64,000 nt of DNA from an uncultured Gemmatimonadales bacterium (GTDB taxonomy: Bacteria; Gemmatimonadota; Gemmatimonadetes; Gemmatimonadales; GWC2-71-9): the NCBI GenBank assembly GCA_963795085.1, contig CAWCFX010000004.1, forward strand, positions 64,001-128,000, in the 5' to 3' direction. Each line of letters begins with the position of its first letter. Within the stretch, counting starts at the first letter, position 1. Under the pieces are notes generated by a model that did no database searches, had not been told where the DNA came from, and saw nothing but the letters and a program-made list of their open reading frames with translations. This document shows, one piece after another, positions 29,075 to 39,765 of this stretch. The position numbers and the translations under genes are program-made.

Positions 29075-29586
29075 CACTGCCGGCCGCCACCGTCCGCGCC
29101 CTGGGCCCGGGGGATGTCGCCGCCTTCATTGAAATGAGGCGATTGGGGTTGGACACGGAACCGCACGCCTTTGGGGCCTCGCCGGAGGATGACCTTGCCC
29201 TGTCGCCGGATTTTGTGCGGCGGGCCATCGGCGAATCCGGCCAGGTCATCCTCGGCGCGTTCGCGCCGCACCTGGTCGGCACGGCGGGCGTCCGCCGGCT
29301 CCGCGAAGCGAAGAGCCGGCACAAGGCCATGGTATGGGGCGTCTATGTCAGCCCCGTTTGCCGGGGGCAGGGCGTTGGCAGGCAGCTCCTTGAGCACGCC
29401 CGGCAGTGGGCCCGGGAACAGCCCGGGCTCACGCACCTGCACCTGGTGGTCAGCACGCGCACACCGGCGGCGCGGGCACTCTACGAGGCGGTCGGGTTCC
29501 GGGTGTGGGGCACCGAGCCTTCGGCGCTTTTCGTCAACGGCGAGTTTGTGGATGACGACCATATGACATGCGATCTCTCCGGGTAA
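29071..29586 (+). CDS. GNAT N-acetyltransferase
   Basis: VYVSP..RGQGVGRQLL and ARALYEAVGF. Confidence 0.88.
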   Translation: MTLPAATVRALGPGDVAAFIEMRRLGLDTEPHAFGASPEDDLALSPDFVRRAIGESGQVILGAFAPHLVGTAGVRRLREAKSRHKAMVWGVYVSPVCRGQGVGRQLLEHARQWAREQPGLTHLHLVVSTRTPAARALYEAVGFRVWGTEPSALFVNGEFVDDDHMTCDLSG

Positions 29587-29706
29587 CTCCCACGGTGCCG
29601 CCTGCACCACTATGGTTTCCGGGTACCGAGTTGCAGGCCCGGGACCGATCCCGGGAAGCCGGTGGGAGGAGTAGTTGCTGAGCGGCCCCCCGGTTACTCT
29701 ACAATC

Positions 29707-30105
29707 GTGAAACCTACCGGTGCTCCGAAGCCGGCCCGGCGGCCATCCCCCGCCGCGGCGGGGGACGAGGCGTCTCAGCGGCGCCATCTTGTCGTGGTGA
29801 TGACCCGTCCGGTGAGCCCCGGGGACCAGGCTCCCGGCGCCGCCCTGGTCACCCGTTTCTGGCATCCCCGGGACCGTCGCTGGAGCGAAAACGCCTTCGA
29901 ATCGATCGAGCATGCCATCCGGCTCTTCGTGGATGAAAGCGGCTGGGTGCTTCTGCAGCACCAGACCCTGGCCGGCCCCTACGAGCACGAACTGATCTTC
30001 CGCGCCAGGGCCGAAGATTTCCAGCGCCCCAGCACCGAGGAGATCCTCGAGGACGTGGGCCTCACGCCCGGCGAGGTGAAAGAGTTGCTGAACGGGGAGC
30101 AATAG
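29707..30105 (+). CDS. Hypothetical protein
   Basis: Co-directional ORF with typical codon usage; start position uncertain. Confidence 0.6.
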   Translation: MKPTGAPKPARRPSPAAAGDEASQRRHLVVVMTRPVSPGDQAPGAALVTRFWHPRDRRWSENAFESIEHAIRLFVDESGWVLLQHQTLAGPYEHELIFRARAEDFQRPSTEEILEDVGLTPGEVKELLNGEQ

Positions 30106-30109
30106 GTCC

Positions 30110-31486
30110 GTGCTCCCCATCGAGCAGACGTGCTTCTGGCTTGCCACCGGGCGGCGCGCCGCCAGGCCTCCAGCGCAGATTCCCCCCAGGTGTGATGTCG
30201 CGGTCATCGGCGGTGGCCTCACCGGCCTCTGGACCGCGCTCTTTCTCCAGGACCTTTCTCCCGCCAGTTCGGTGGTCCTCCTCGAGGCCGAATCCGTGGC
30301 CTATGGCGCCAGCGGGAGGAACGCCGGCATGCTGTCGGAAACCATTGACCACACCCACGCCCTCGCCGTGGATCACTTCGGCGAGAACGAGGCCCGCCGG
30401 CTGGCGGCGCTGGGGCAGCAGAACCTGGCCGAAATGGCCCGATGGCTGGCGGATCGAAAGGTGGATTGCGGCCTTGAACTTACCGGCCGGCTCCAGGTAG
30501 CGCTGACCGACGGCCAACTGGCGGACTGCGCCCGCGCCGCCGAGACGGCACGCCGGCTGGGCGTCACCACCCACACCCTCCTGGGCGCGGCCGAGACCCG
30601 GGCCCGGCTGAACTCCCCGCTCTACCTGGGCGGAGTATTGGTGTCCTCGGGCGGAATTCTTGACCCGGTCAAGCTGGTTCACGGCCTCTGCCGCGAAGCG
30701 GAGCGCCGGGGCGCCACGGTCGCCGAAGGGTGCCGGGTCGAAGCATTCCACAAGAGCGGGGCAGGCGTTGCCATCCAGCACAGCCGCGGCAGCCTGCTCG
30801 CGACTCGTGCGGTCCTCGCTACGAACGCCTATACCCACCACCTGGTACCCCGGTTGCTGCGCCGGTTCATACCGTTATACGACTACATCCTGGTCAGCGA
30901 ACCGCTGACCCCGGAACAGCGGGCCGCAATGGGGTGGAGCGGACGGGAAGGCGTTACGGACGGACGGACCTTTTTCAATTATTACCGCCTGACTCGCGAT
31001 CAGCGAATCCTGTGGGGCACCAGCGAGGCAACATACTATCCGGGGAACCGGGTTGGTCCCGCCCACGACCATTCGATCCCTCACTATGCCGGGCTGGAGC
31101 GAAGCTTCCACCGGCACTTTCCCGATTTCGGGCCACTTGCGTTTCCCTACCGGTGGGGCGGGCCGATCGCTGCCACGACTCGGATGACCCCGACATTCGG
31201 TTCCCTCCTCGACGGCCGGGTTCTCTATGGCCTCGGCTACACGGGCCACGGCCTGGGGACTACCCGGATCGCGGGCCGGCTGCTGGCCCACCTGGCCCTG
31301 GGCCGGCCCAGCGATCTCGCGCGTTTGCAGCTCGTGACCCGCCCTCCCTTTCCGTACCCACCGGAACCGGTCCGGCGACTGGCCGTCGGGCTGGTGACCC
31401 GGGCATTGCGGCGGGTGGACGCAGGTCAGCCTCCGAACCTCTTGCTTCGTCTGCTCGACCGGCTGGGCATCGGGTTTTCGAGCTGA
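30110..31486 (+). CDS. FAD-dependent amine oxidoreductase (DAO family, PuuB-like)
   Basis: DVAVIGGGLTGL, GASGRNAG, LATNAY, GYTGHGLG. Confidence 0.85.
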   Translation: MLPIEQTCFWLATGRRAARPPAQIPPRCDVAVIGGGLTGLWTALFLQDLSPASSVVLLEAESVAYGASGRNAGMLSETIDHTHALAVDHFGENEARRLAALGQQNLAEMARWLADRKVDCGLELTGRLQVALTDGQLADCARAAETARRLGVTTHTLLGAAETRARLNSPLYLGGVLVSSGGILDPVKLVHGLCREAERRGATVAEGCRVEAFHKSGAGVAIQHSRGSLLATRAVLATNAYTHHLVPRLLRRFIPLYDYILVSEPLTPEQRAAMGWSGREGVTDGRTFFNYYRLTRDQRILWGTSEATYYPGNRVGPAHDHSIPHYAGLERSFHRHFPDFGPLAFPYRWGGPIAATTRMTPTFGSLLDGRVLYGLGYTGHGLGTTRIAGRLLAHLALGRPSDLARLQLVTRPPFPYPPEPVRRLAVGLVTRALRRVDAGQPPNLLLRLLDRLGIGFSS

Positions 31487-31525
31487 CAGCGAGCGTTCAT
31501 CATGTGAACCGGGAATTCGATTTCT

Positions 31526-31554
31526 TTGACAAGAATGCCGTCCCGCCTCATTTT
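31526..31554 (+). promoter_or_regulatory. Putative sigma70 promoter for susC-susD
   Basis: TTGACA-N17-CATTTT about 90 bp upstream of the susC ATG. Confidence 0.5.
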
Positions 31555-31640
31555 GAATTGCTCCATCCGTCCCACCCACTTTGCCATCCAGTTGCACCAT
31601 CGAAGGACCGGACGATCCCATCAAGGGGGAGGAAGGTCGC

Positions 31641-34600
31641 ATGAGAATCGGCATTCTTGGCGTCTCCAGCCTGGGGCTGGCCTTGGCGTTGTCGGGGTGG
31701 CCCGCCCCGCTCCAGGCCCAGGCCGGCCGCATCGGCGGGCAGGTCTCCGACCGCGCGACTGGCGCGCCACTGGAAGGCGCCCGCGTCATGGTCGTCGGGA
31801 GCCAGTTGATCGAGACGACCAGCCGGGAGGGCCGCTACCTCTTCCGGAGCCTCGCTCCCGATGGTTACCAGGTCAGGGTGCTCCATATCGGTTACCAGTC
31901 GCAGACTCGGGTGGTCACCGTCGCGGCGAACCAAACCGCCGCGGCTGATTTCACCCTGACGTCCATGCCGGTTACCCTGGACGAGATCGTGGTGACGGCC
32001 ACCGGAGAGCAGCGTAAGCTGGAGGTGGCCAACTCGGTCTCCACCATAGATGCCGCCCGCGTGGTGGAGGAGGCGCCGATCGCCGAGTTCGGGAACCTGA
32101 TCTCCGGCCGGGCCGCCGGAGTCCAGGTCTTGAAGAGCGGCGGTACCACCGGCACCGGCACCCGGATCCGGATCCGCGGTTCCAACAGCATCTCCCTGTC
32201 CAATGAGCCGCTGTACTACATCGACGGCGTCCGTATGGAAAGCGGCAGTACCTCCAGCACGCTGGACATCGGCGGGTTCGGGCAGGGGAGCGGGGCCGGG
32301 CCCTCCCGGATCAACGATCTCAATCCCGAGGACATCGAAGACATCGAGATCGTCAAGGGGCCGGCGGCGGCGACGCTCTACGGCATCCAGGCTTCCAACG
32401 GGGTCGTCCGTATCACCACCAAGCGGGGCCGGACCGGGCGGCCCCGGTGGAACATGTACGTCGAGCAGGGCGCCGTTACCGATCCCAACACCTATCCGCT
32501 CAACTACCACGGGCGCGACAACACCGGTTCCGGCTACGATCCCTTCTGCACTCTGCAGGACGAGCTGGACGGCAACTGTACCCAGACCTCGCTGGACGTG
32601 GGTTCGCCGCTGGAAGACCGGGCGACTCGGCCGCTCAAGGCCGGCCACCGGCAGCAGTACGGGATGAACGTCTCCGGCGGCAGCGAGGCCATGACCTACT
32701 ACTTCTCGGCCGATTATGAAACCGAGGACGGGGTGTTCCGGCTTCCCAGGGCCGAGGAGGACTCGGTTCGGGCGCTCCGGGGCGAGGTGCCCGGGAACCA
32801 GATCCGTCCGAACGCCTTGGAGCGGGTCAACCTGCGCGCCAACGTGGGAACCAACCTCTCCTCGAATGCCGAACTGCAGGTATCCCTTGGCTACCTGTCC
32901 AGCGATATCCGCTTTGTGGAGAACGACAACAGTTTCCTGACCGTGACCGGCAGCGCCGAGGCCAGCGGCAACCCCCAGGACATCAACCGGGGGTGGTACT
33001 TCATTCCCGCCGAGTTGTTCGCGGAGCTGGCCAACCAGGCCACGGAGCGGTTTACCAGCGGCCTCACCGCGACCTACCGCCCCCTCCGATGGCTTAGCAC
33101 CCGCGCCACCGTGGGCTACGACGTGGTCAACAGGCAGGATGTCCAGTTCTTCCCCACCAACCAGGTGGCGGACTATCCCGACGCCGAGTCCAACCGGCTG
33201 GGCGCCCGGTTCGACAACCGCTCCCAGATTGCCCAGACCTCGGTGGACGTGGGTGCGTCGGCGCGGTTCGCCCTCTCGCCATCGATGAGCTCCAAGACCT
33301 CCATGGGCGCGCAGTTCTTCCGGGACTTCCTGACCACCTCCTACACCAGCGGGCGGCGGCTGCCTCCGGGCTCCGGATCCCTGAACGGCGCCGGCAGCAC
33401 CGAGGCGCGCGACACCACGGTCGAATCCCGCTCCCTGGGTTCATACATCGAAGAAGAACTGAGCTGGAACAGCCGGCTTTTCATCACCGGTGCGCTCCGC
33501 TTCGATGACAACAGCGCCTTCGGCCAGAACTTCAACGCCACCGTTTACCCCAAGGCCAGCGTCTCCTGGCTGGTGTCGGAAGAACCGTTTTTCGGAATGG
33601 ATCTCTTCAACACCTTGCGGCTGCGGGCCGCCTTCGGCGCCTCCGGGCAGCAGCCCGGAACCACCGACGCCCTCCGGTATCTCAACCCGGTCTCCGGCCG
33701 GAAGAGCGGCACCCCGCTGACCGGCGTGACCTTCGGCAGTTCCGGCAATGCCGATCTCAAGCCGGAGCGCTCCCAGGAATTGGAAGTCGGGCTGGATGCG
33801 GCTCTCCTGGGCGGGCGGCTGGGGATGGAATTGACCTTCTATAACAAGCGAACCCGGGACGCACTGGTCCAGCGGCCTCTGCCCCCTTCCTCCGGCGAGT
33901 CCTCGGTGCAGTTCTTCAACCTCGGTGAAGTCCGGAACCGGGGGTTCGAAGTGGCGCTGAACACCCGGCTGTTCGACCGGCCGGGCTTCTCCTGGGACAT
34001 CGCCCTCTCGGGATCGGTGACCAGCAACCAGCTTATCGAGCTGGGCGAAGGTATTGAGCCCATCACCTTTGGCTTCTACCAGCAGCATACCGAGGGCCAT
34101 CCCCTGGGGGGCTTCTGGGGCCTCGAGTTGACCGGCTTCGACGACGCCAACGGGGATGGCATCATCGACCGGGACGAGTACACGGTCAGCAGCGAGGCGG
34201 TATTCCAGGGAAGCGCCCTCCCCACCCGGGAGGCGTCCCTCAACACCACCCTCAGTTTCTTCAACGGACGAGTCCGGCTGGGAGGCCAGTTCGATTATCG
34301 CGGCGGCCACGTCATCGACAATTCGATCGAGAACTTCCGCTGTACTCCGGTCTTCAACTGCCGGGGGCTCTACGACCGCACGGCGCCCCTGGAAGAACAG
34401 GCCCGTGCCGCGGCTGTGGTGAACGAAGGCGCCAACGTCTTTGGATTCTTCGAGCCAGGCTGGTTCATCAAGCTGCGCGAGGTGTCCCTGACCTACTCCG
34501 TCCCGGAGCGGGTCGCAGCCGCGTTCCGCGCCAGCCGTATGAGTGTCTCGCTCTCGGCCCGGAACCTCTGGACGATCACCGATTATACCGGGGTGGACCC

Positions 34601-34700
34601 CGAGGTGAACGCGTTCGCCCAGGACAACTTTGCGTCGAGCGACTTCGAATCCCAGCCGCAGGTGCGGTACTGGATCGTCCGGCTCAACGTCGGCTTCTGA
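31641..34700 (+). CDS. susC: SusC/RagA-family TonB-linked outer-membrane transporter
   Basis: Signal peptide; LDEIVVTATG; plug domain IRIRGSNS...EPLYYIDG; DLNPEDIEDIEIVKGPAAATLYG...NGVV; DLKPERS; YTGVDPE; terminal F. Confidence 0.93.
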   Translation: MRIGILGVSSLGLALALSGWPAPLQAQAGRIGGQVSDRATGAPLEGARVMVVGSQLIETTSREGRYLFRSLAPDGYQVRVLHIGYQSQTRVVTVAANQTAAADFTLTSMPVTLDEIVVTATGEQRKLEVANSVSTIDAARVVEEAPIAEFGNLISGRAAGVQVLKSGGTTGTGTRIRIRGSNSISLSNEPLYYIDGVRMESGSTSSTLDIGGFGQGSGAGPSRINDLNPEDIEDIEIVKGPAAATLYGIQASNGVVRITTKRGRTGRPRWNMYVEQGAVTDPNTYPLNYHGRDNTGSGYDPFCTLQDELDGNCTQTSLDVGSPLEDRATRPLKAGHRQQYGMNVSGGSEAMTYYFSADYETEDGVFRLPRAEEDSVRALRGEVPGNQIRPNALERVNLRANVGTNLSSNAELQVSLGYLSSDIRFVENDNSFLTVTGSAEASGNPQDINRGWYFIPAELFAELANQATERFTSGLTATYRPLRWLSTRATVGYDVVNRQDVQFFPTNQVADYPDAESNRLGARFDNRSQIAQTSVDVGASARFALSPSMSSKTSMGAQFFRDFLTTSYTSGRRLPPGSGSLNGAGSTEARDTTVESRSLGSYIEEELSWNSRLFITGALRFDDNSAFGQNFNATVYPKASVSWLVSEEPFFGMDLFNTLRLRAAFGASGQQPGTTDALRYLNPVSGRKSGTPLTGVTFGSSGNADLKPERSQELEVGLDAALLGGRLGMELTFYNKRTRDALVQRPLPPSSGESSVQFFNLGEVRNRGFEVALNTRLFDRPGFSWDIALSGSVTSNQLIELGEGIEPITFGFYQQHTEGHPLGGFWGLELTGFDDANGDGIIDRDEYTVSSEAVFQGSALPTREASLNTTLSFFNGRVRLGGQFDYRGGHVIDNSIENFRCTPVFNCRGLYDRTAPLEEQARAAAVVNEGANVFGFFEPGWFIKLREVSLTYSVPERVAAAFRASRMSVSLSARNLWTITDYTGVDPEVNAFAQDNFASSDFESQPQVRYWIVRLNVGF

Positions 34701-34714
34701 AAAAGGCGTCTCCC

Positions 34715-36031
34715 ATGACGAAACCATTCCGGTTGTCGCTGGCAGCGATCGGGTTCCTCCTGGCCGCCCCGGCGTGCGGCCTGCTCGATACCGAGCAACC
34801 CAATATCATCGCCCCGGGCGACCTGGACACTCCCGAAGGCGCCGAAGCAAAACGGGTCGGCGCCCGTACCGACTTCACGATCGCCCACGATGGCGATGGT
34901 GACGAGAACAGCGCGGCGACCGAGGGCTATGTGATGGTGAGCGGCCTGCTCTCGGACGAGTTCATCCATTCCTCCACGCCGCCCAGCCAGCAGGAAGTCG
35001 ATCAGCGGGTGATCATCGACGTCAATCCCACCCTGTACGGCGTCTATCATACCCTGCATCGCGCCCGCCGCGCCGCCGAGGACGCTGCCGTGTCGCTGGA
35101 GACTTTTTCGGTGGACGGGGCACTGGACCCGGGGATCGCCGAGATGCTTACGCTGGCCGGGTTCACGTACGTGTACTTCGCGGAGGGCTTTTGTTCCGGG
35201 GTGCCGTACAGCGAACGGGTAAACGGCGACCTGGTCTTCGGTGACCCGGAGACCACCGCCGAGACGCTGGCCCGGGCCGTCGCCCGGTTTGATGCGGCGC
35301 TCGCCAGCCCCGGCGCCATGCCGGAGGAGATCAACGCTGCCGCCGTGGGACGGGGCCGGGCCCTGCTCAACGGCGGCCAGTACGCCGCGGCCGCGGCCGC
35401 CGTCCAGGCGGTCCCCTCAGACTTCGAGTACGTGATGGAGCACGCGACCGCTCCCCTGACCCTGCGAAACGCCATCTTCCTGCTCACCAATGGCGGTCAG
35501 TGGTCCATCGCCGACAACGAGGGCGGTGTGGGTCTCTCCTTTCTCGCCGGCGACCCGCGGGTTCCCTTCCTCGATGAAGGCGGACCTGGCCTCGACAATT
35601 CCACGCCCCAGTTCTCGCTGCTCAAGTTTCCCGACGTGGGAACCCCGGTACCGGTCGCCAGTGGAATCGAGGCCCGGCTCATCGAAGCCGAGGCGCAGTT
35701 CCAGGCTGGGGATACGGCGACCATGCTGGTCACCCTCAACGATCTTAGAGCCGCCGCCAGCATCCCGGCTCTCACCGGCCCCACCTCGCTGGCCGAGGCC
35801 CGGGACATGGTCTTCAGCGAGCGGGCATTCTGGCTCTTCTCAACCGGACACCGGCTCGGCGACATGCGCCGCCTGGCCCGCGCATCGCTCTACGGCCTTC
35901 CCGTCGCCAGCGTCTATCCGACCGGCCCCTATCACAAGGGCGGCTCCTATGGGGCCGATGTCAGCCTGCCAATCCCCCTCCAGGAACGGAACAACCCCAA
36001 CTTCACGGACTGCCTGGACCTGAATCCCTGA
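34715..36031 (+). CDS. susD: SusD/RagB-family lipoprotein
   Basis: Lipobox APAC; EARLIEAEA and ERAFWLF.TGHRLGDMRR; directly follows susC. Confidence 0.88.
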   Translation: MTKPFRLSLAAIGFLLAAPACGLLDTEQPNIIAPGDLDTPEGAEAKRVGARTDFTIAHDGDGDENSAATEGYVMVSGLLSDEFIHSSTPPSQQEVDQRVIIDVNPTLYGVYHTLHRARRAAEDAAVSLETFSVDGALDPGIAEMLTLAGFTYVYFAEGFCSGVPYSERVNGDLVFGDPETTAETLARAVARFDAALASPGAMPEEINAAAVGRGRALLNGGQYAAAAAAVQAVPSDFEYVMEHATAPLTLRNAIFLLTNGGQWSIADNEGGVGLSFLAGDPRVPFLDEGGPGLDNSTPQFSLLKFPDVGTPVPVASGIEARLIEAEAQFQAGDTATMLVTLNDLRAAASIPALTGPTSLAEARDMVFSERAFWLFSTGHRLGDMRRLARASLYGLPVASVYPTGPYHKGGSYGADVSLPIPLQERNNPNFTDCLDLNP

Positions 36032-36055
36032 GGAGGGCCACGCCATCTTGACCAG

Positions 36056-36083
36056 AAGGGGAGCGCCCGGGCGCTCCCCTTTC
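36056..36083. terminator. Hairpin between convergent genes (probable bidirectional terminator)
   Basis: Perfect palindrome AAGGGGAGCGCCC/GGGCGCTCCCCTT. Confidence 0.75.
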
Positions 36084-36110
36084 GTCATGGGGCTGGAGTC
36101 TCCGAACTGG

Positions 36111-36494
36111 TCAGAAAACCGAGATCCCGGATTGCCGGAGCCCGCTTCCGATGGTCCATTCGACGACGGCGCCGGGCCGGACTGTGAAGAAATCGGTGAC
36201 GAGGTTCCCGCCCTGGCCTACCGGATCGGCGCGCAGCCTGATGTGGCCGCTGCCTCCCACCCGGGACCACGGAACCGAGAACACCTGATCCGCCGGGCCC
36301 CGGGCCGTCCCCAAACGTTCGCTGAGGGTGCCCCGGATGATGTACACGTTGAGATCCAGCCAGTGCTGGTTCTTGACGACCACCGTGATCTCGGCATTGC
36401 GAATATCCGGCGGGGGGGCTTCCGTATCCGGGGAGGGCTGGCGTCCGCAGGCCAGGAGAAAGAGAACCGGGGCGAAACGGCGAATGCTGGACAC
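36111..36494 (-). CDS. Small hypothetical lipoprotein
   Basis: AGGAG RBS plus GTG; lipobox LLAC. Confidence 0.65.
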   Translation of the reverse strand: MSSIRRFAPVLFLLACGRQPSPDTEAPPPDIRNAEITVVVKNQHWLDLNVYIIRGTLSERLGTARGPADQVFSVPWSRVGGSGHIRLRADPVGQGGNLVTDFFTVRPGAVVEWTIGSGLRQSGISVF

Positions 36495-36504
36495 GACTCC
36501 TGCC

Positions 36505-39500
36505 TTACCGCCGCCGGTGGGCGTCAAACCACTCCAGGACCAGGCGGCTCCGCAGCGGGTACGAGCTGGCCTGGGCATCGAAGTTATGGTTTTCCCCGGG
36601 AAATATCACCAGCCGAGTCGGGATTCCCCGAAGGGCCAGGGCCAGGTACATCCGTTCCGACTCACCCACCGGGCAGATATGGTCCTCCGCGCCGTGCAGG
36701 AAGATCGTCGGGGTGGTAACCCGCTCCACCCAGGTCATCGGCGATTCGCGCCGGTACCGCTCGGGGACCTGCCACGGCGCTCCGCCCATGTCGGCGATCC
36801 ACTCGATGTGGTCATCGTCCACGCCGAAGGAGGCGGTGTAGTCGGCAACGCCGGACGAACTGGCGGCCGCCCGGAACCGCCCCGTTTGGGTGACCAGCCA
36901 GTTGGTCGCGATGCCGCCGTAGGAATTCCCCATCAGGAACAGGTTGTCCGGATCGGCCCAGCCGCGGGACACCACGGTGTCCAGCGCCGCCATGAAATCC
37001 TGGTCGTCGGCATGGCCGTAGCGGCCGCCCACCAGCGCCATGAAGTCATGGCCATAGGTGGTGCTGCCCCGGGGGTTGATATACACCGCGAGATATCCTC
37101 GGCTCGCCGCGATCTGGAACTGCATGTGATAGGAGGAGGAATAGTACCACTGGGGTCCGCCGTGGATGCCGAGGATGGCGGGATACTTCCGGCCCGGCTG
37201 GAAATCAGGTGGTTTGACGACGAAAGCCTCGACCTCGGCGCCATCGGGAGCCCGAATCGACAGCCGCTCCATGGGGAGGACCCGCACGTCGCGGAACCAG
37301 GCATCGTTGAGCCGGGTCAGCTGGCGGGGAGGAGAGACTCCCTCGTCGAGCGCAAACACATCGGAAAGGTGCGCGGCACCGGCGATGCCCAGCAGCAACC
37401 CGCCGGCCACCGGCGTGAGGAACTCGACGGACCGGTCGCCGCCCAGCACCAGTTGGCGTACGCCGGTGGCGGGATCGATGGCATAGGCGTGCACCCGCGC
37501 CCGGTCTTCGATAGCGACATAGAGACGCCCGCCATCCGGCGACCAACGCGGGTAGGGAGACCCGCCCTCGGTGTAGGAACCCTCCGCCACGTGGCGGTCC
37601 ATGTCAGCGGTGAGGTTCAAGGGCTCCCCGAATGACGGCACCGATCCCACGCTCCGCACCGGGGTCACCCAGAGATAGGAATGCGCGCCATAGTTGTTCG
37701 GGACCACCTGCTCCAGATAGGCCAGCATGCCACCGTCCGGCGACCAGCGCGGCTGGTCGGCGCTCCCGGCTTCGTGGGACACCTGCACCAGGCTGCCGCT
37801 ATCCGCCGGGACGGCGAAGACGTCGCTGTTCCGGTTCTCGTCCCGGTCCGGCGTCCGGTTGGACACGAACGCGACCCACCGCCCATCGGGAGAGACAGCT
37901 GGCGCTGCATGGTCATATGGCCCTCCGGAAATTCGCCGCACCGTGCCGGCACGGAGGTCAGCCACCCAGAGATGGACAGGCCGGTTGTCGAGGAACCCGA
38001 TCCCGTTCACCTTGTACAGCGTCCGGTCGTATTGCCGCACCTGGGCCCGGACCCGGGCAGAGTCTTCCGGCTCCGGGACCTTCGCGGTGAACGCGATGTA
38101 GTCGCCGTCAGGGAACCATTCAAACTCCTCCACGGCCTCGCCAAAGGAAAAGAGCCGGCTGGAGGGCCCGCCGCCGGCCGGGATGACCCTCACCTCTCCC
38201 GAGGCGGCGATGAACGCCACCCGGCGGCCATCCGGAGAGAACCTGGGATGGCTTTCGGTGCCTTCACTGAAGGTGAGCTGGCGAAGATTGCCGCTGGCAG
38301 GATCAATAATCCACAGGTCCGACGTGTACTCGTCCTTGAGGGTGTCCACCGTGCCGATCTTCAGCAAGGCCATCCGGCCGGTAGGCGCGGCCTGGATGTC
38401 CTGGAGTCCCCTGAGCCGGCTGTAGTCGTCGGTGGTCAGGGCCCGGCCGGCTCGAGCGCCGGGCTGCTTGACGACTTCGCCGCCTTTCATCACGAACGGG
38501 ATCCCCAGGGCCGACCAGGTACCCTCCGGCGCCTGGACCCGCGCCTGCAGGGTATCCAGCAGGTTGCCCGGGACGGCGATGATATCGGCGAACTTGCCCG
38601 GGGCGATCGAACCCACCCGGTCTTCCCATCCCATTACCCGGGCCGCGCTGATCGTGGCCGATTGCACCGCCTGCATCGGAGTCAGCCCATATCGCACCAT
38701 GTAGGGCAGCTGCGCGGTGGCGAGCCCGTGGGGATATACCCCGCTGTCGGTGCCGTAGGCGATCCGGACCCCGGCCCGGACCGCCCGCCGGAACACCTCG
38801 CGCTGTGCGCCGGTTGTCGCGTCGTTCTTCTGGAGAATGTCTTCCGGCCAGCCGGCCCGGCGCCCTTCGGTAGCGATATAGTCGCCGTTAAAGATGTCGG
38901 CAACCAGCCAGGTCCCCCCATCCTTCATCAGCGCGATGCCTTCCGCGTCCATCAGGGATCCATGTTCGATCGACCGAACGCCGGCCCGGACCGCCCGCCG
39001 GATGCCCTCCGCGCCATGGGCGTGAGCCGCCACGTAGGTCCCTCGCGCCCGGGCTTCCTCGACCGCCGCCCGGATTTCGTCCTCGGAATACTCCGGGTTG
39101 CCAGGGTCGGTCCCCGGGGTCAAGACGGCGCCGGTGGCGATGATCTTGATGAAATCCGCGCCTCCATCCAGGATCTCCCCGACTCGGCGGCGAACCTCAG
39201 CGGCCCCGTTCGCGACCCCTGCCCGCATCTCCGGAGGGATGTTCACCGTGGTGTCTCCGGTCACCTCCCCACCGCCTCCCCGGGCCGTCACGTAGGGGCC
39301 CGCAACCGCCATGCGGGGGCCGGGGATCCCATACCGGTTGATCGTGTCCCGGAGGGCCACGTCCACGAAGGCCCGATAACTGCCAACGTCCCGCACCGTG
39401 GTAAAGCCCGCCGTCAGGGTAGCACGCGCATTCCGGATGCCGCCTGCCATGTCCTGGTCCCTGGTCGTGCGCAACGGAGCCAGCGGATCACTGGACTGGA

Positions 39501-39765
39501 GGTCGCCAACCAGGTGAGTGTGCAGGTCGATCAGGCCGGGAAGAACCGTGTACGCCGAGAGATCGATCACGCTGGCATGCGCCGGAAGGGGCTGGCCGGA
39601 TGGCCGGACAGTGACAATGCGTTGCCCCTCGACCAGGATCTCCTGGTTCACCCGGGTGGTTCCCCGCTCGACATCCACCAGCCTCCCGGCCCGAACGACG
39701 GTGACCTGGGCCGTGGCGGGCGGTCCCCAAATGACGGCCAGGGCCAGCAGGAAGCGCAGCGTCAC
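36505..39765 (-). CDS. Secreted fusion: metal-dependent amidohydrolase (Xaa-Pro dipeptidase-like) + S9 family peptidase
   Basis: N-half: PGLIDLHTH, FIKI, AAHAHG, SIEHG, YGTDSG. C-half: PD40-type propeller, IHGGP, GNSYGG, EDHICP, PGENH. Confidence 0.88.
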   Translation of the reverse strand: MTLRFLLALAVIWGPPATAQVTVVRAGRLVDVERGTTRVNQEILVEGQRIVTVRPSGQPLPAHASVIDLSAYTVLPGLIDLHTHLVGDLQSSDPLAPLRTTRDQDMAGGIRNARATLTAGFTTVRDVGSYRAFVDVALRDTINRYGIPGPRMAVAGPYVTARGGGGEVTGDTTVNIPPEMRAGVANGAAEVRRRVGEILDGGADFIKIIATGAVLTPGTDPGNPEYSEDEIRAAVEEARARGTYVAAHAHGAEGIRRAVRAGVRSIEHGSLMDAEGIALMKDGGTWLVADIFNGDYIATEGRRAGWPEDILQKNDATTGAQREVFRRAVRAGVRIAYGTDSGVYPHGLATAQLPYMVRYGLTPMQAVQSATISAARVMGWEDRVGSIAPGKFADIIAVPGNLLDTLQARVQAPEGTWSALGIPFVMKGGEVVKQPGARAGRALTTDDYSRLRGLQDIQAAPTGRMALLKIGTVDTLKDEYTSDLWIIDPASGNLRQLTFSEGTESHPRFSPDGRRVAFIAASGEVRVIPAGGGPSSRLFSFGEAVEEFEWFPDGDYIAFTAKVPEPEDSARVRAQVRQYDRTLYKVNGIGFLDNRPVHLWVADLRAGTVRRISGGPYDHAAPAVSPDGRWVAFVSNRTPDRDENRNSDVFAVPADSGSLVQVSHEAGSADQPRWSPDGGMLAYLEQVVPNNYGAHSYLWVTPVRSVGSVPSFGEPLNLTADMDRHVAEGSYTEGGSPYPRWSPDGGRLYVAIEDRARVHAYAIDPATGVRQLVLGGDRSVEFLTPVAGGLLLGIAGAAHLSDVFALDEGVSPPRQLTRLNDAWFRDVRVLPMERLSIRAPDGAEVEAFVVKPPDFQPGRKYPAILGIHGGPQWYYSSSYHMQFQIAASRGYLAVYINPRGSTTYGHDFMALVGGRYGHADDQDFMAALDTVVSRGWADPDNLFLMGNSYGGIATNWLVTQTGRFRAAASSSGVADYTASFGVDDDHIEWIADMGGAPWQVPERYRRESPMTWVERVTTPTIFLHGAEDHICPVGESERMYLALALRGIPTRLVIFPGENHNFDAQASSYPLRSRLVLEWFDAHRRR

